Part shown: positions 17,801 through 27,782 of the stretch, piece after piece
Numbering within the stretch: the stretch's first letter is position 1
Layout of the letters: every line of letters begins with the position of its first letter
Assembly: GCA_965140585.1 (NCBI GenBank)
Contig: OZ223269.1
Span: 1,088,001-1,152,000, forward strand
Reading direction: 5' to 3'
DNA: 64,000 nt
Source: Spirochaetia bacterium
Lineage (GTDB): Bacteria > Spirochaetota > Spirochaetia > UBA9216
The notes under the pieces: model-generated
Told to the model about the DNA's origin: nothing
Databases searched by the model: none
What the model saw: the letters and a program-made list of their open reading frames with translations, nothing else
Program-made: the position numbers and the translations under genes

Positions 17801-18736
17801 ATGAATGAACTCCTGCCAAGAATAATTCCAATTTTTCTGTTAATCCTTGCCGGTTATCTGTTAAAGCGGACATCAATTATCAGTGATAACAATCTTAAGT
17901 TTTTAAAGACGATGACTGTCACTTTGTTTCTTCCGTGCAGTCTTTTTCTGGCATTCACGTCCATTAATCTTTCAGTCAATTATCTAATGCTTTTCATTTT
18001 AACTCTTGTTTTTATGATTATTCTATTTGCAGCTGGAAGGCTTCTGAAAATGACAAGACTTTTCAGCAGGATTTATACTGCCGAGTTTTTCACCGGTTTT
18101 GAATTCGGAATGGTTGGAGTTGCACTTTTCAGTGCCGTATTCGGAGCTGAAGGGCTAGCTGTAATTTCACTTGTCGGCCTGGGACATGAACTTTTTATAT
18201 GGTTTATTTATCTTCCTTTTCTTAAGTCTCATTCCGAAGGCAAACCAGGAATTGCAGCCTCACTGGCCGGTTTTATAAAATCACCCATTATAATCGCAAT
18301 ACTTATTGCAGTCATACTTAATGTCTTTAATCTGAAACCTTCTTTTATATACGGTTCCGGCGTTATTACAGCCGTAACCTGGCTCTCTCAGGCAACAGTT
18401 CCGGTGGTTCTGCTGATAGTAGGGGCAGGTATAAATCTTCATAATATTGAATTCGGCAGGAGTTTTATTTTCACAATTACAAGGCTGGTAATAGTTCTAC
18501 TGCTGGGATATGTCTTCTATTTCATTCTGATAAAAATAATACCGGAACTTCCTGAACTGTTTTTCTATGCATGGTTCACCTTTGTACTTCTGCCTCCTCC
18601 TTTTATCATACCGATATATATTGGAGCAGAGCATAAAGAGGATATGAATTTCTTCTCGAATACAATTATTTTGTATACTCTGACGGGTCTTATTCTTTTT
18701 GTAATTTTTCTGATGATTTTTCCGCCTGCAGTATAA
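17801..18736 (+). CDS. AEC (auxin efflux carrier / malate permease) family transporter
   Basis: ~10 TM helices; IIPIFLLILAGYLLK start, LFLPCSLF, SPIIIAIL, VPVVLLIVG motifs. Confidence 0.8.
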   Translation: MNELLPRIIPIFLLILAGYLLKRTSIISDNNLKFLKTMTVTLFLPCSLFLAFTSINLSVNYLMLFILTLVFMIILFAAGRLLKMTRLFSRIYTAEFFTGFEFGMVGVALFSAVFGAEGLAVISLVGLGHELFIWFIYLPFLKSHSEGKPGIAASLAGFIKSPIIIAILIAVILNVFNLKPSFIYGSGVITAVTWLSQATVPVVLLIVGAGINLHNIEFGRSFIFTITRLVIVLLLGYVFYFILIKIIPELPELFFYAWFTFVLLPPPFIIPIYIGAEHKEDMNFFSNTIILYTLTGLILFVIFLMIFPPAV

Positions 18737-18757
18737 GCAACATACCTGATGTGTGCT

Positions 18758-19249
18758 TTACAGATGCTGACGGAATTCCCTCTCTATAGAACGTTTTTCA
18801 TCACGTTCTTTAATGGTATTTCTCTTGTCCTGCACATTCTTACCGCGGCAAAGTCCAAGCTCTATCTTTATTTTGCTGTTTTTAAGATAAACCTTAAGAG
18901 GAATGAGGGTAATTCCTTTCTCATCCACTTTTCGGGAAAGACGTTTAATTTCCTGTTTATGAGCAAGCAGTTTTCTGTTCCTGTCGGGATCATGATTATT
19001 TATATTTCCAAAATCATAGGGAGATATATGAAATGCAACCATCCACAGTTCAAGGTTCTTAACTATGCAGTAACTGTCGCTGAAAGAGAACTTACCATTT
19101 CGAAGCGACTTTACTTCTGTTCCCATTAATTCAATACCGCACTCAAGCCTGTCTTCAATTTCATAATTAAAACGGGCTTTTCGGTTATCGGCAAGAACTT
19201 TTATGCCTTCTGAGGTAAATTCATTTTTCTTGTTTTTCTTTGCTGCCAT
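18758..19249 (-). CDS. smpB: SsrA-binding protein
   Basis: NRKARFNY, GIELMGTEVKSLR, HISPY, RKLLAHK, DKR motifs. Confidence 0.98.
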   Translation of the reverse strand: MAAKKNKKNEFTSEGIKVLADNRKARFNYEIEDRLECGIELMGTEVKSLRNGKFSFSDSYCIVKNLELWMVAFHISPYDFGNINNHDPDRNRKLLAHKQEIKRLSRKVDEKGITLIPLKVYLKNSKIKIELGLCRGKNVQDKRNTIKERDEKRSIEREFRQHL

Positions 19250-19250
19250 T

Positions 19251-20804
19251 TTATTCTTTTACCAGTATCACTCTGAATCCGCTGAACTCTGTGCACCATG
19301 ATGGAGGCTGAGAACCTCTTGTGGATACTGTGACTGTATCGATCTTATTTGCCCAGCTACCGCCCCGTACAGATTTTTCAACCGCCTGGTAATTTTCAAT
19401 CGAAAGGGTATTTAAAGCAGGATCTCTTGATGATATCAGGTATCCGGCAGGTGAGTACCAGTTGTCACACCATTCCCAGAGATTTCCATGAATATCATAA
19501 ATACCACTTGAATTGGGAAAACGACCTGTTATAGAAAGAGCGGAGCCGGGTTCACTTTCGGCAAACACACCGGTATTCTGCTCTTCTGTTGCGGCAGCCC
19601 ATTCCCATTGAATCTCATCCGGAAGCCCGGCTGTATATCCGCTGAATGAAGCAGGTAGTTTTCCGGTCAGCCATGAGCAGAAAGCCTCTGCAGCATACCA
19701 TGAAATAAAATTAGCAGGTGAATCATCATATAAAGAATCGAACGTTTTAAGATAGTCTTCGTTTACCAGATTGTCTGAAATAAGAGCAGACAGATTATCA
19801 GCACTCCATTTCGGATTTTCGTTTAGAAACTGCCGGTATAAGCCTGCAGTCACCTCACGATCCATGATGAAAAAATCACCGACTGCAGCCGGAAATGGAA
19901 AATTGTTGCCATCGCTTCCCATAAGAAACTGACCGCCTGAAAGTCGTACAAATCTTATTCCGAACAGATTCACAGCCGAGGATGCGGCAGGATGATCATT
20001 GCTGAAATCTCTTAAAAAGCCGCTGTATTCTTCCTGAACTGCAGGAAACCAGTTAAGTCCTGACTCACGATCCTCATCAGAAAGCACACTGTACATCCAG
20101 AAAGGAATATTATCATATTCTCTTGCAAGTTCTGAAAAGAAAGGAAGAGTAGTAAATGATTCAGTAATAGCCTGATCGAAATCGACCTTATTCCCGCGTA
20201 TCTGTTCAAATATCATAACAGCATTAAAAAAGTCCTGAAGAAGATAGTCAGTATGAACAAACGACATTATGTTGTATAAAAAATCATACATTACTGCTTC
20301 GTTTGTATATCCGGTATCCTGAAGAGCCTTAAAAAAACTGCTTAAAACAGGCTCCGGCTGATAATTTTCATAATATGAATCAATCATTCCCCAGTTCGAA
20401 AATACTGTAAAAGTATGATTAAAAAATCCTTCCGGATCTGTAAGTTCAAGCTGTGCGCTGTATTCAACCTTTTTGGGTGCAAATAAGGAAGCAAAAAACC
20501 GGTTTCCGCTTTCCAGCGTTTCGTTATAAACTGAAAAATAATCACGCTCAATAACAAGCTCATGACTGCCTCCGGGAACAAAAACACGGCAGGGTGTTGC
20601 TCCCTGATATTGTCCGTCTATCATAACTCTTGCTCCTGAAGGAGCTGAACTGAATAAGTATACTGATCCCGGTTTGATTATTCCCGGAAGAAATAACAGA
20701 ATAAAGAGAATCAGTGCGAGAATAACTGCATAAAGTACAGTAAGATACTTTCCGGGATGAACGCCGAAAATTGGTTTAAGTTTAACTATGTCTTCCTCAA
20801 GCAT
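19251..20804 (-). CDS. Membrane-anchored PEGA + FGE-sulfatase (SUMF1-like) domain protein
   Basis: N-terminal TM; SAPSGARVMIDGQYQGATP PEGA motif; FLMGS, ISWYAAEAFC, LPDEIQWEWAA, GNLWEWC, RGGSW, GFRV motifs. Confidence 0.85.
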   Translation of the reverse strand: MLEEDIVKLKPIFGVHPGKYLTVLYAVILALILFILLFLPGIIKPGSVYLFSSAPSGARVMIDGQYQGATPCRVFVPGGSHELVIERDYFSVYNETLESGNRFFASLFAPKKVEYSAQLELTDPEGFFNHTFTVFSNWGMIDSYYENYQPEPVLSSFFKALQDTGYTNEAVMYDFLYNIMSFVHTDYLLQDFFNAVMIFEQIRGNKVDFDQAITESFTTLPFFSELAREYDNIPFWMYSVLSDEDRESGLNWFPAVQEEYSGFLRDFSNDHPAASSAVNLFGIRFVRLSGGQFLMGSDGNNFPFPAAVGDFFIMDREVTAGLYRQFLNENPKWSADNLSALISDNLVNEDYLKTFDSLYDDSPANFISWYAAEAFCSWLTGKLPASFSGYTAGLPDEIQWEWAAATEEQNTGVFAESEPGSALSITGRFPNSSGIYDIHGNLWEWCDNWYSPAGYLISSRDPALNTLSIENYQAVEKSVRGGSWANKIDTVTVSTRGSQPPSWCTEFSGFRVILVKE

Positions 20805-20868
20805 ACAATGAGATTATATTTATATGTCTCCCTTGTCAACGTTCAGGATAACATGATATTGTTTGCTC

Positions 20869-21855
20869 ATGGCAACTTCAACCGATAGCTGGAATAACAG
20901 AGTACAGTCTGTAACCGAGAATCTGCTCTCAAAAAGACGGGAACGGATTCGTATAAAAAAAGAGAAGGCAAAGGCCAAGAATCCTGTTCTTGACTGGATA
21001 GAAGCTTTCATCTGGGCAGCTGTTGTTGTATTAATTATCAACCAGTATTTTTTTCAGGCTTACCAGATTCCGACCCCTTCTATGGTAGAAACCCTTAAAG
21101 TAAAAGACCGTATTTTTGTAAATAAACTTATCTACGGACCTGAACTTGTTCCCGGAAATTTCAAGGTTGACGGTTTTAGAAAACCTGCCAGAAACGAAGT
21201 TATTATTTTTGAAAGCCCGACATATCTCTCACGCGGACCGGTTTTTGATGTAGCCCAGAGAATTATCTATATGATTACATTCTCGCTTGTTGATATAGAC
21301 AAGGACCAGTACGGAAACCCCAAGGCTCACTTCCTGATCAAGCGTGCAATGGCACATGAAGGTGATTCTATTAAAATTGCTGACGGTGAAGTCCAGCTCA
21401 AGCCTGCAGGTTTCGATACATGGATGCCTGAAACAGACTTAAAGGAAATCACCGGAAAAACGTATCAGACAAGAAGGCTTATTAACGCAGATGAATATGA
21501 CGGCATAAGAGCCGCCGCTTTTATCGATGCTTATGATGATACCGGTATCCAGCCCAACAGTGTTGACAGCGAAATAGCTTCGGCATCGAATTCACAGTAT
21601 ACCGATATGTATTCCTGGAGCGGATACCGTTATCAGGCGCTTTACGAAGTTAATCCGCACCTTCATCAGTACGGCGGTGCATGGCGAAAAATAAGCACCG
21701 GATGGTTTATACCTGAAGGCTGGATTTTCCCTATGGGTGATAACAGAGATAATTCACGCGATGCAAGATACTTCGGACCAGTCAGCCTTGATAAAGTTCT
21801 TGGCAGGGCAATATTCAAGTACTGGCCTGCAGGACGTATCGGCGTAATTAGATAG
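20869..21855 (+). CDS. lepB: Signal peptidase I
   Basis: QAYQIPTPSMVETL (Ser), LIKR (Lys), MGDNRDNSRDARYFG. Confidence 0.95.
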   Translation: MATSTDSWNNRVQSVTENLLSKRRERIRIKKEKAKAKNPVLDWIEAFIWAAVVVLIINQYFFQAYQIPTPSMVETLKVKDRIFVNKLIYGPELVPGNFKVDGFRKPARNEVIIFESPTYLSRGPVFDVAQRIIYMITFSLVDIDKDQYGNPKAHFLIKRAMAHEGDSIKIADGEVQLKPAGFDTWMPETDLKEITGKTYQTRRLINADEYDGIRAAAFIDAYDDTGIQPNSVDSEIASASNSQYTDMYSWSGYRYQALYEVNPHLHQYGGAWRKISTGWFIPEGWIFPMGDNRDNSRDARYFGPVSLDKVLGRAIFKYWPAGRIGVIR

Positions 21856-21865
21856 GCAGGAGCAG

Positions 21866-22624
21866 TTGAGCTATAGAAGCAGAAAAGACAGGTATCGCAG
21901 TTCATCATACAGCGGATATCATAAGGCCGGAAATCACATTGTCAAACGGATTATTATATTTCTGCTAATCCTCTTTATCACCTTTGAAGCAATATCTTCA
22001 TTGTTTATTTCCACCTTTAAAATGGAATCCATATCAATGGAACCGACTATCAGTGCCGGTGACAATCTTATTGCAACTCCGGTGTTCTTTCATCCGGAAA
22101 TACCATTTACAGGAATTACCTTTCCAGGGATTAGAAACCCGAGACGGGGCGAAATAATTTTGTATAAACCTTCTTTTTATTCAGAGATGCCCTGGTACAT
22201 TAAAGTTCCGGACAGCATTATCAGATTTTTCACTATTCAGAAAAAAGGTTTTCCCGGTTATGAAGATACCTGGTCTAACAGCCTGATGATGAAACGTGTC
22301 ATTGGAATACCCGGTGATACAATTAAGTTTGAAAACAATGAAGTTCTTATAAAACCATCAGGTAAAAGTTACTTCTTTTCCGAAAAAGAAATTCTGCAGA
22401 CCGAATATACAATTACCAGATACCCGACTCCGGATAACTGGCCGGATAATTTTCCATTTGCCGGGAATATGGATGAAATCTCACTTGGTGAAGATCAGTA
22501 TCTTCTGCTTGGAGACAACAGATCGATGTCTAACGACTCATATTATCAGGGGCCGGTAGATAAAAAGAATATTGCAGCAAAGGTTATATTGAAATACGTA
22601 CCATCAATTGAAATTCCCCAATGA
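21866..22624 (+). CDS. lepB: Signal peptidase I (second paralogue)
   Basis: SISMEPT, KRVIGIPGD, LGDNRSMSNDS. Confidence 0.92.
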   Translation: MSYRSRKDRYRSSSYSGYHKAGNHIVKRIIIFLLILFITFEAISSLFISTFKMESISMEPTISAGDNLIATPVFFHPEIPFTGITFPGIRNPRRGEIILYKPSFYSEMPWYIKVPDSIIRFFTIQKKGFPGYEDTWSNSLMMKRVIGIPGDTIKFENNEVLIKPSGKSYFFSEKEILQTEYTITRYPTPDNWPDNFPFAGNMDEISLGEDQYLLLGDNRSMSNDSYYQGPVDKKNIAAKVILKYVPSIEIPQ

Positions 22625-23799
22625 GTTTTTCACTTTACTTTCATATTCCTTTTTGTCAAAAAAAATGTGACTACTGCGATTTTTATTCTGTTGATTGCAG
22701 AAGTACCGATACTTCGCAGATTAAAAAACTTACCGAGTTAATGCTTGATGAACTTTCAGCAAGGCTTGATATCATCCAACCGGAATGTATAGATTCAATA
22801 TTCATAGGCGGAGGAACACCGTCGTCTCTGCCCGATAAAATCTTCGAGAACTTTCTTTCCGGAATCAGCCGAAGAACGCATGGACTTGTCTCCGGTGACT
22901 GTGAATTTACAACCGAAGCAAATCCTGAAAGCTGCTCAGAGTCTTTCATGAAAATTTCATCAGACCATGGAGTCAACCGGCTCAGTCTTGGTGTTCAGAG
23001 TTTTGATGAAACGGTACTTAAACATATTGGTCGGGGTGTTTATCCCGAAGATGTATATACTGAGGTTGAACAGATCGGAACGTTCTGGAAGGGAAGGCTG
23101 TCACTTGATCTAATATCAGGAACCGGATTTAACATCCTTCATGATCTTCAAAAAGCCGTACAGCTTAAGCCTGCTCATCTTTCGGTTTATTCTCTTACCA
23201 TAGAAGAGGAAACTCCGCTTTCTAATAGAAAAATTAAAAATGACTTTATACCCGCTGATGAGGATAGTCAGCTGGAAAGCCTGAAACAAACTTATAATTT
23301 TCTTAAAACTAAGGGATACAACCGGTATGAAATATCAAATTACTGCAAACCGGGAATGGAATCGGTCCATAATTGTGCCTACTGGCGAATGCAGTCATAT
23401 GAGGGAATTGGTCCCGGAGCCTTTTCATCCGCTTACGATTCTATGAGAGCCTTCAGAAGAGCCAATCCTGCTGATATCCATAAATATCTTGAATGTAAAA
23501 GCGCAGAGGATTTACTGAATATTTCTGAAACAGAGCTTATCGACGGGATCGATTATATTTTTGAACACTACATGATGGGCTATCGGATGGATTCAGGTCC
23601 GGACAGGACGGTCTTTGAGTCCAGATTCGGAGTCCCGCCTTATTCTCTTATACCTGAGACACTTACAAGGTGGCGTAACTACGGCTATAAAATAGATAAA
23701 GAAGGCCGTATAGACTTCAATCTTTCATGTAATCTTAATTCTTTTCTTGCTGATATCTATTCCGAGCTGGAAGAATCTACATTTTTGAAAAAAAAGTAA
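22621..23799 (+). CDS. hemW: HemN-like radical SAM heme chaperone
   Basis: YFHIPFCQKKCDYCDF, GGGTPS, EANPE, RLSLGVQSF, YEISNY, HN..YW. Confidence 0.88.
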   Translation: MSFSLYFHIPFCQKKCDYCDFYSVDCRSTDTSQIKKLTELMLDELSARLDIIQPECIDSIFIGGGTPSSLPDKIFENFLSGISRRTHGLVSGDCEFTTEANPESCSESFMKISSDHGVNRLSLGVQSFDETVLKHIGRGVYPEDVYTEVEQIGTFWKGRLSLDLISGTGFNILHDLQKAVQLKPAHLSVYSLTIEEETPLSNRKIKNDFIPADEDSQLESLKQTYNFLKTKGYNRYEISNYCKPGMESVHNCAYWRMQSYEGIGPGAFSSAYDSMRAFRRANPADIHKYLECKSAEDLLNISETELIDGIDYIFEHYMMGYRMDSGPDRTVFESRFGVPPYSLIPETLTRWRNYGYKIDKEGRIDFNLSCNLNSFLADIYSELEESTFLKKK

Positions 23800-23985
23800 A
23801 TTTTTTTCTTTACCGCATCAAAAGCTATATACTTAAGTCTTTGATGTATACTTAAAAATACTTTCTGTATTTTGAGGTATTCCGTCAAAAAAGCTTCAAG
23901 AGCAAATTTCGGTATCTTTTTACACTGTTGAGAAGGTCGTGACAAATCGTTATAACATAATAAAGAAATATACACAGGAGATGAA

Positions 23986-25269
23986 ATGTACTCTGCACTT
24001 GAAAAATACGATCCGCAGATGTTTGAACTCATTAAACAGGAAGAAGCACGCCAGAGCGGCGTACTCAGACTTATACCTTCTGAGAACTATGTATCTCAGG
24101 CAGTAAGAATGGCAACAGGCAGCTGTCTGACCAACAAATATTCTGAAGGCTATCCCGGGAAAAGATATTATGAAGGTCAGCAGATCACTGACCTGGTAGA
24201 GAATCTGGCAAGGGACCGTGCCACCAAGGTTTTTAAAGCAGATCATGCCAACGTTCAGCCTTACTCAGGCTCTGTTGCAAACCTCGGAGCCTATAATACT
24301 CTCATTAAACCCGGCCAGAAGATTATGGGACTTAACCTTAGTTCCGGCGGCCATCTGACTCACGGATCAAAGGTAAGTATAACCAGTAAATTTTTTGAGG
24401 CTGTTAACTACAGCGTTAAAGAAGACGGCTACCTTGATTATGATGAGATCAGGGATATGGCAATTAGAGAAAAACCTGATGTAATTGTATCAGGAACAAC
24501 TGCCTACCCCAGAGCCATTGATTTTGAAATCTTTGGAAATATCGCAAAAGAAGTGGGTGCTTTCCATGTCAGTGATATAGCCCACCTTTCAGGTCTTGTA
24601 GTTGCAGGTCTGCATAAATCTCCGGTTCCATACGCTGACATAGTTTCAACTACCACACACAAGACCCTTCGAGGACCAAGAGGCGGTATGCTTCTGTGTA
24701 AAGCAGAACATGCTGCAAAACTGGACAAGGCAATAATGCCCGGCCAGCAGGGCGGTCCGCATATGCATACGATAGCTGCAATAGCAGTTGCTCTTGCAGA
24801 GGCAGACACCCAGGAATTTATTCTCTATGCACAGCAGATTCTGAAAAACTCAAAGAGGCTCTCTGAAAAACTCATGGAAAAAGGTTTTGACCTTGTAACA
24901 GGCGGAACTGATAACCACATAATTCTGATTGACCTCAGAAAAAAGAATATCCCGGGCAGAGATTTTGCCAAGGCACTGGACAGAGCAAGAATAGTTGCCA
25001 ACTTTAACACTGTTCCGCATGATCCGGCACCTCCTACAAAACCGAACGGTCTGAGGATCGGTACTCCAGCTATTACAACCAGAGGAATGATGGAACCTGA
25101 AATGGATATTCTTGCAGGTCTTATCTCAAAAGTTGCTGACAATTTAGGCAATGAAGAAGTTATTTCCCAGGTCGGAAAAGAAGTTCTTGAATTAACTTCA
25201 AGATTTCCCGTTCCTGAACATTTTATAATTCCGAAAAAGAACGGCAACCCGCCGTTTGGTGCACTATAA
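23986..25269 (+). CDS. glyA: Serine hydroxymethyltransferase
   Basis: LIPSEN, NKYSEGYPGKRYY, NVQPYSGS, GGHLTHG, TTTHKTLRGPRGG, GLRIGTPAITTRG. Confidence 0.98.
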   Translation: MYSALEKYDPQMFELIKQEEARQSGVLRLIPSENYVSQAVRMATGSCLTNKYSEGYPGKRYYEGQQITDLVENLARDRATKVFKADHANVQPYSGSVANLGAYNTLIKPGQKIMGLNLSSGGHLTHGSKVSITSKFFEAVNYSVKEDGYLDYDEIRDMAIREKPDVIVSGTTAYPRAIDFEIFGNIAKEVGAFHVSDIAHLSGLVVAGLHKSPVPYADIVSTTTHKTLRGPRGGMLLCKAEHAAKLDKAIMPGQQGGPHMHTIAAIAVALAEADTQEFILYAQQILKNSKRLSEKLMEKGFDLVTGGTDNHIILIDLRKKNIPGRDFAKALDRARIVANFNTVPHDPAPPTKPNGLRIGTPAITTRGMMEPEMDILAGLISKVADNLGNEEVISQVGKEVLELTSRFPVPEHFIIPKKNGNPPFGAL

Positions 25270-25295
25270 GTATACCTTTATAAAATATGGAGATC

Positions 25296-25326
25296 GGGAC
25301 TGGCCTTATGGTCAGTCCCTTTTTTT
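25296..25326 (+). terminator. Intrinsic terminator after glyA
   Basis: GGGACTGGCC-ttat-GGTCAGTCCC followed by a T run. Confidence 0.8.
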
Positions 25327-26049
25327 CAGGTATTCGATCATCTGTTCGCAGAACTCTCCCAGATCGGAAAACCTTTTCCACGCAGACGAATCCAGCGGTG
25401 TTGCCATATCATTAACAATTATAATTCTTCCACCGGAGCGGACTGTCTGAACAGGGATCGAGGCGGCAGGCTGTACTGTAAGACTCGACCCCAGAACAAA
25501 CATTAAATCTGAACGCGCAGCCTCGGTAAAAGCCGTTTCTATTGCTCCTGCAGGAAGCTGTTCACCGAAAAAAGTAATATCAGGTTTAATTATTCCCCCG
25601 CAATCTGAACAGACGGGTAGTTTATCCTGCTGTACACTCAATGCAACTTTTTCATATGTGTAACTCTTACTGCAGGAGAGACAATGATGTATCGCAGGGG
25701 TTCCATGAACCTCTACAACCCCTGTATTGCCTGCTTTCTGGTGAAGCAGATCAATATTCTGTGTAATAACCCGTTTAAGAAGCCCCTTCTGCTCAAGCAT
25801 TGCCAGCATGCGGTGTACAATACCGGGATCTTTATCTTCAATATTGTAAATAAAATCTTTTGTCCGGCTATAGTAAAATGAGGGGTCCCTGTGAAAGTAG
25901 TCAATATCAAAAATCTTATCAGTATCAGGATCATTGTAAAGTCCGTTTTTGCCCCTGAAATCACGAATTCCTGAAAACGTAGAAACTCCGGCTCCAGTGA
26001 ATGCCGTACAGTAAATATCTTCCGACAGAAAATTAAATATTTCTTTCAT
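25312..26049 (-). CDS. cobB: Sir2-family NAD-dependent deacylase
   Basis: TGAGVSTFSGIRDFRG, ITQNIDLLH, HG, CxxC…CxxC, KPDITFFGE, GSSLTVQPAA; likely start MKEIF at 26049. Confidence 0.93.
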   Translation of the reverse strand: MKEIFNFLSEDIYCTAFTGAGVSTFSGIRDFRGKNGLYNDPDTDKIFDIDYFHRDPSFYYSRTKDFIYNIEDKDPGIVHRMLAMLEQKGLLKRVITQNIDLLHQKAGNTGVVEVHGTPAIHHCLSCSKSYTYEKVALSVQQDKLPVCSDCGGIIKPDITFFGEQLPAGAIETAFTEAARSDLMFVLGSSLTVQPAASIPVQTVRSGGRIIIVNDMATPLDSSAWKRFSDLGEFCEQMIEYLKKRD

Positions 26050-26050
26050 A

Positions 26051-26533
26051 TTAAACACCGGCAGGGGATTCAAGAAAAACCTTATCGGGGTTTTCATTCT
26101 GACCTGTCATCATATCAGCTATTCGCTGTATTGAAGAAAGCAGCATATTCTGCTCCCAGGTCTGCAGTTTTTCATATCTGCCTATAAACGTTTCATCAAG
26201 AAGAGATGGCTCCTTTGAAATTATCTCATGAGCCTTTTCGGTTACTCTTACCATAACCCGTCGTTTATCATTGTCTGTTTTCATTCTGGACAGAATTTCC
26301 TTCTGTTCAAGCCTTTCAACAATATTTGTCACTGTAGCCTGACTTAGACTTATAATTTTTGCCAGCTTTCCTACGGAGATTTCACCTTCATCTGCAATGA
26401 CCTTGATAATTATCAGCTGTGGTCCGGTAAGTCCGTAGTGCTTAACAAGCTTCTTTGAATGAAGATCTGTACATCTTATTATTTGTCTGAGAGAAATTAG
26501 CATGTCATAGTAAACACTGTCATCGTTAAGCAT
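26051..26533 (-). CDS. MarR-family regulator (EctR/CosR-like)
   Basis: LRQIIR..DLHSKKL…GLTGPQL…SLSQATVT.IV.RLE…DKRR; C-terminal L..WEQ.MLLSS.QRIA.MM typical of the EctR-like subgroup. Confidence 0.88.
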   Translation of the reverse strand: MLNDDSVYYDMLISLRQIIRCTDLHSKKLVKHYGLTGPQLIIIKVIADEGEISVGKLAKIISLSQATVTNIVERLEQKEILSRMKTDNDKRRVMVRVTEKAHEIISKEPSLLDETFIGRYEKLQTWEQNMLLSSIQRIADMMTGQNENPDKVFLESPAGV

Positions 26534-26779
26534 CTATATTCCTTTTCATAGAATTACTGATTTCAACACTATAAACCAAGCATTATTTCTAATCAAGTTT
26601 TTATTATTTACAACACTAAACACTTGAAAAAAGAAATATTATAAGTAAAATATTATTAAATGGTTACTTAATAAGTAAATACATATACTTCAAACAATGC
26701 AATTTCGATACGTCCTTTTAATATTCAATTAAATAGCTTTGAATTGTAATTAAAGATTTTTTTTATGGAGAATAAATTT

Positions 26780-26935
26780 ATGCATAACAATGAAACAGTA
26801 AAATTCAGCTGCCCTTCATGCGGTAAGGGCCTGAGAGTACCTAAGGAAAAAGCCGGCTTAAAAGGCCGCTGTCCTGCATGCGGAACACGAATCGATATTC
26901 CGTTTAAATCAAACCTTCGTGAGGATGAGGGCTGA
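26780..26935 (+). CDS. Small zinc-ribbon protein (51 aa), below the ORF-track cutoff
   Basis: MHNNETVKFSCPSCGKGLRVPKEKAGLKGRCPACGTRIDIPFKSNLREDEG*; two CPxCG motifs; GGAG SD 9 nt upstream. Confidence 0.8.
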   Translation: MHNNETVKFSCPSCGKGLRVPKEKAGLKGRCPACGTRIDIPFKSNLREDEG

Positions 26936-26960
26936 TACTCAACATTGAGCGGCAACACTC

Positions 26961-26990
26961 TTGACACCAGATTTTTCGGTATGGTAACTT
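26961..26990 (+). promoter_or_regulatory. sigma70-type promoter for yebC-ruvCAB-queA
   Basis: TTGACA-18 nt-TAACTT with a TG extension. Confidence 0.5.
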
Positions 26991-27035
26991 GTTCGAACAG
27001 CAATAATTAAATTACAATTATGCAAAGGAGATACC

Positions 27036-27782
27036 ATGTCAGGCCACAGTAAATGGCATACTATTAAACATAAAAAAGGTGCAGCAGACGCTAAACGAGG
27101 TAAAATTTTTACCAAGATTATCAAGGAAATTACTGTTGCAGCTAAAATGGGCGGCGGCGATATTGAAGCCAACCCCAGACTCAGGACAATAGTTCTTAAA
27201 GCCAAAGACGCCAATATGCCCAAGGATAACATTGAAAGGGCAATCAAGAAAGGAACAGGCGATCTTGACGGCGTAAGCTATACTGAGGGTATGTATGAAG
27301 GTTATGGTGTCGGAGGAGTTGCCATCATGGTTGAAACTCTCACAGACAACAAAAACCGTACAGCTGCCGATGTTAGAAGTATCTTTTCAAAGGCAGGCGG
27401 AAACCTGGGTGAAAACGGATGTGTTTCATACATGTTCAACCGTAAAGGTGTTATTACATTCAGTACAGAAAACTGCTCTGAAGATGAAATTTTCAACGCG
27501 GCTCTTGAAGCCGGTGCAGAAGATGTTGCTACTGATGAAGATGTAATCGAAGTAACAACTGATCCGGATGATTTTGAAGCTGTTGTTAATGCGCTTGAAA
27601 AAGCAGGTTTTAAAAGAGACAGTGCCGAAATTACAATGGTAGCTGATCAGACTATCACCCTTGATAATGAAAAAACCGGAAAAGTACTCAAACTCATTGA
27701 TAAGCTTGAAGACAATGACGATGTCCAGAATGTTTACTCGAACCTGGAAATCCCGGATGACTACGACCCAGATATAGAATAG
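27036..27782 (+). CDS. yebC: YebC/PmpR family protein
   Basis: [41 protein letters not shown]. Confidence 0.97.
   Translation: MSGHSKWHTIKHKKGAADAKRGKIFTKIIKEITVAAKMGGGDIEANPRLRTIVLKAKDANMPKDNIERAIKKGTGDLDGVSYTEGMYEGYGVGGVAIMVETLTDNKNRTAADVRSIFSKAGGNLGENGCVSYMFNRKGVITFSTENCSEDEIFNAALEAGAEDVATDEDVIEVTTDPDDFEAVVNALEKAGFKRDSAEITMVADQTITLDNEKTGKVLKLIDKLEDNDDVQNVYSNLEIPDDYDPDIE

Noticed and set aside
19251-20804. PEGA-FGE protein as a DGR target
   Set aside because: Sits in a housekeeping smpB/lepB neighbourhood; no template repeat or RT in the window
20869-22624. Tandem signal peptidases as a novelty
   Set aside because: Tandem lepB genes near smpB are a known spirochaete arrangement, and both retain the Ser/Lys dyad
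23800-23985. ZTP (pfl) or glycine riboswitch upstream of glyA
   Set aside because: Only GGTCGTGAC resembles the ZTP 5' strand; the following TGGCG and the 3' CGCCTGGGC pseudoknot partner are absent, and the region is AT-rich
25312-26049. Sir2 as an anti-phage (Thoeris/DSR) effector
   Set aside because: It is a canonical Zn-binding CobB-type sirtuin with no defence partner genes
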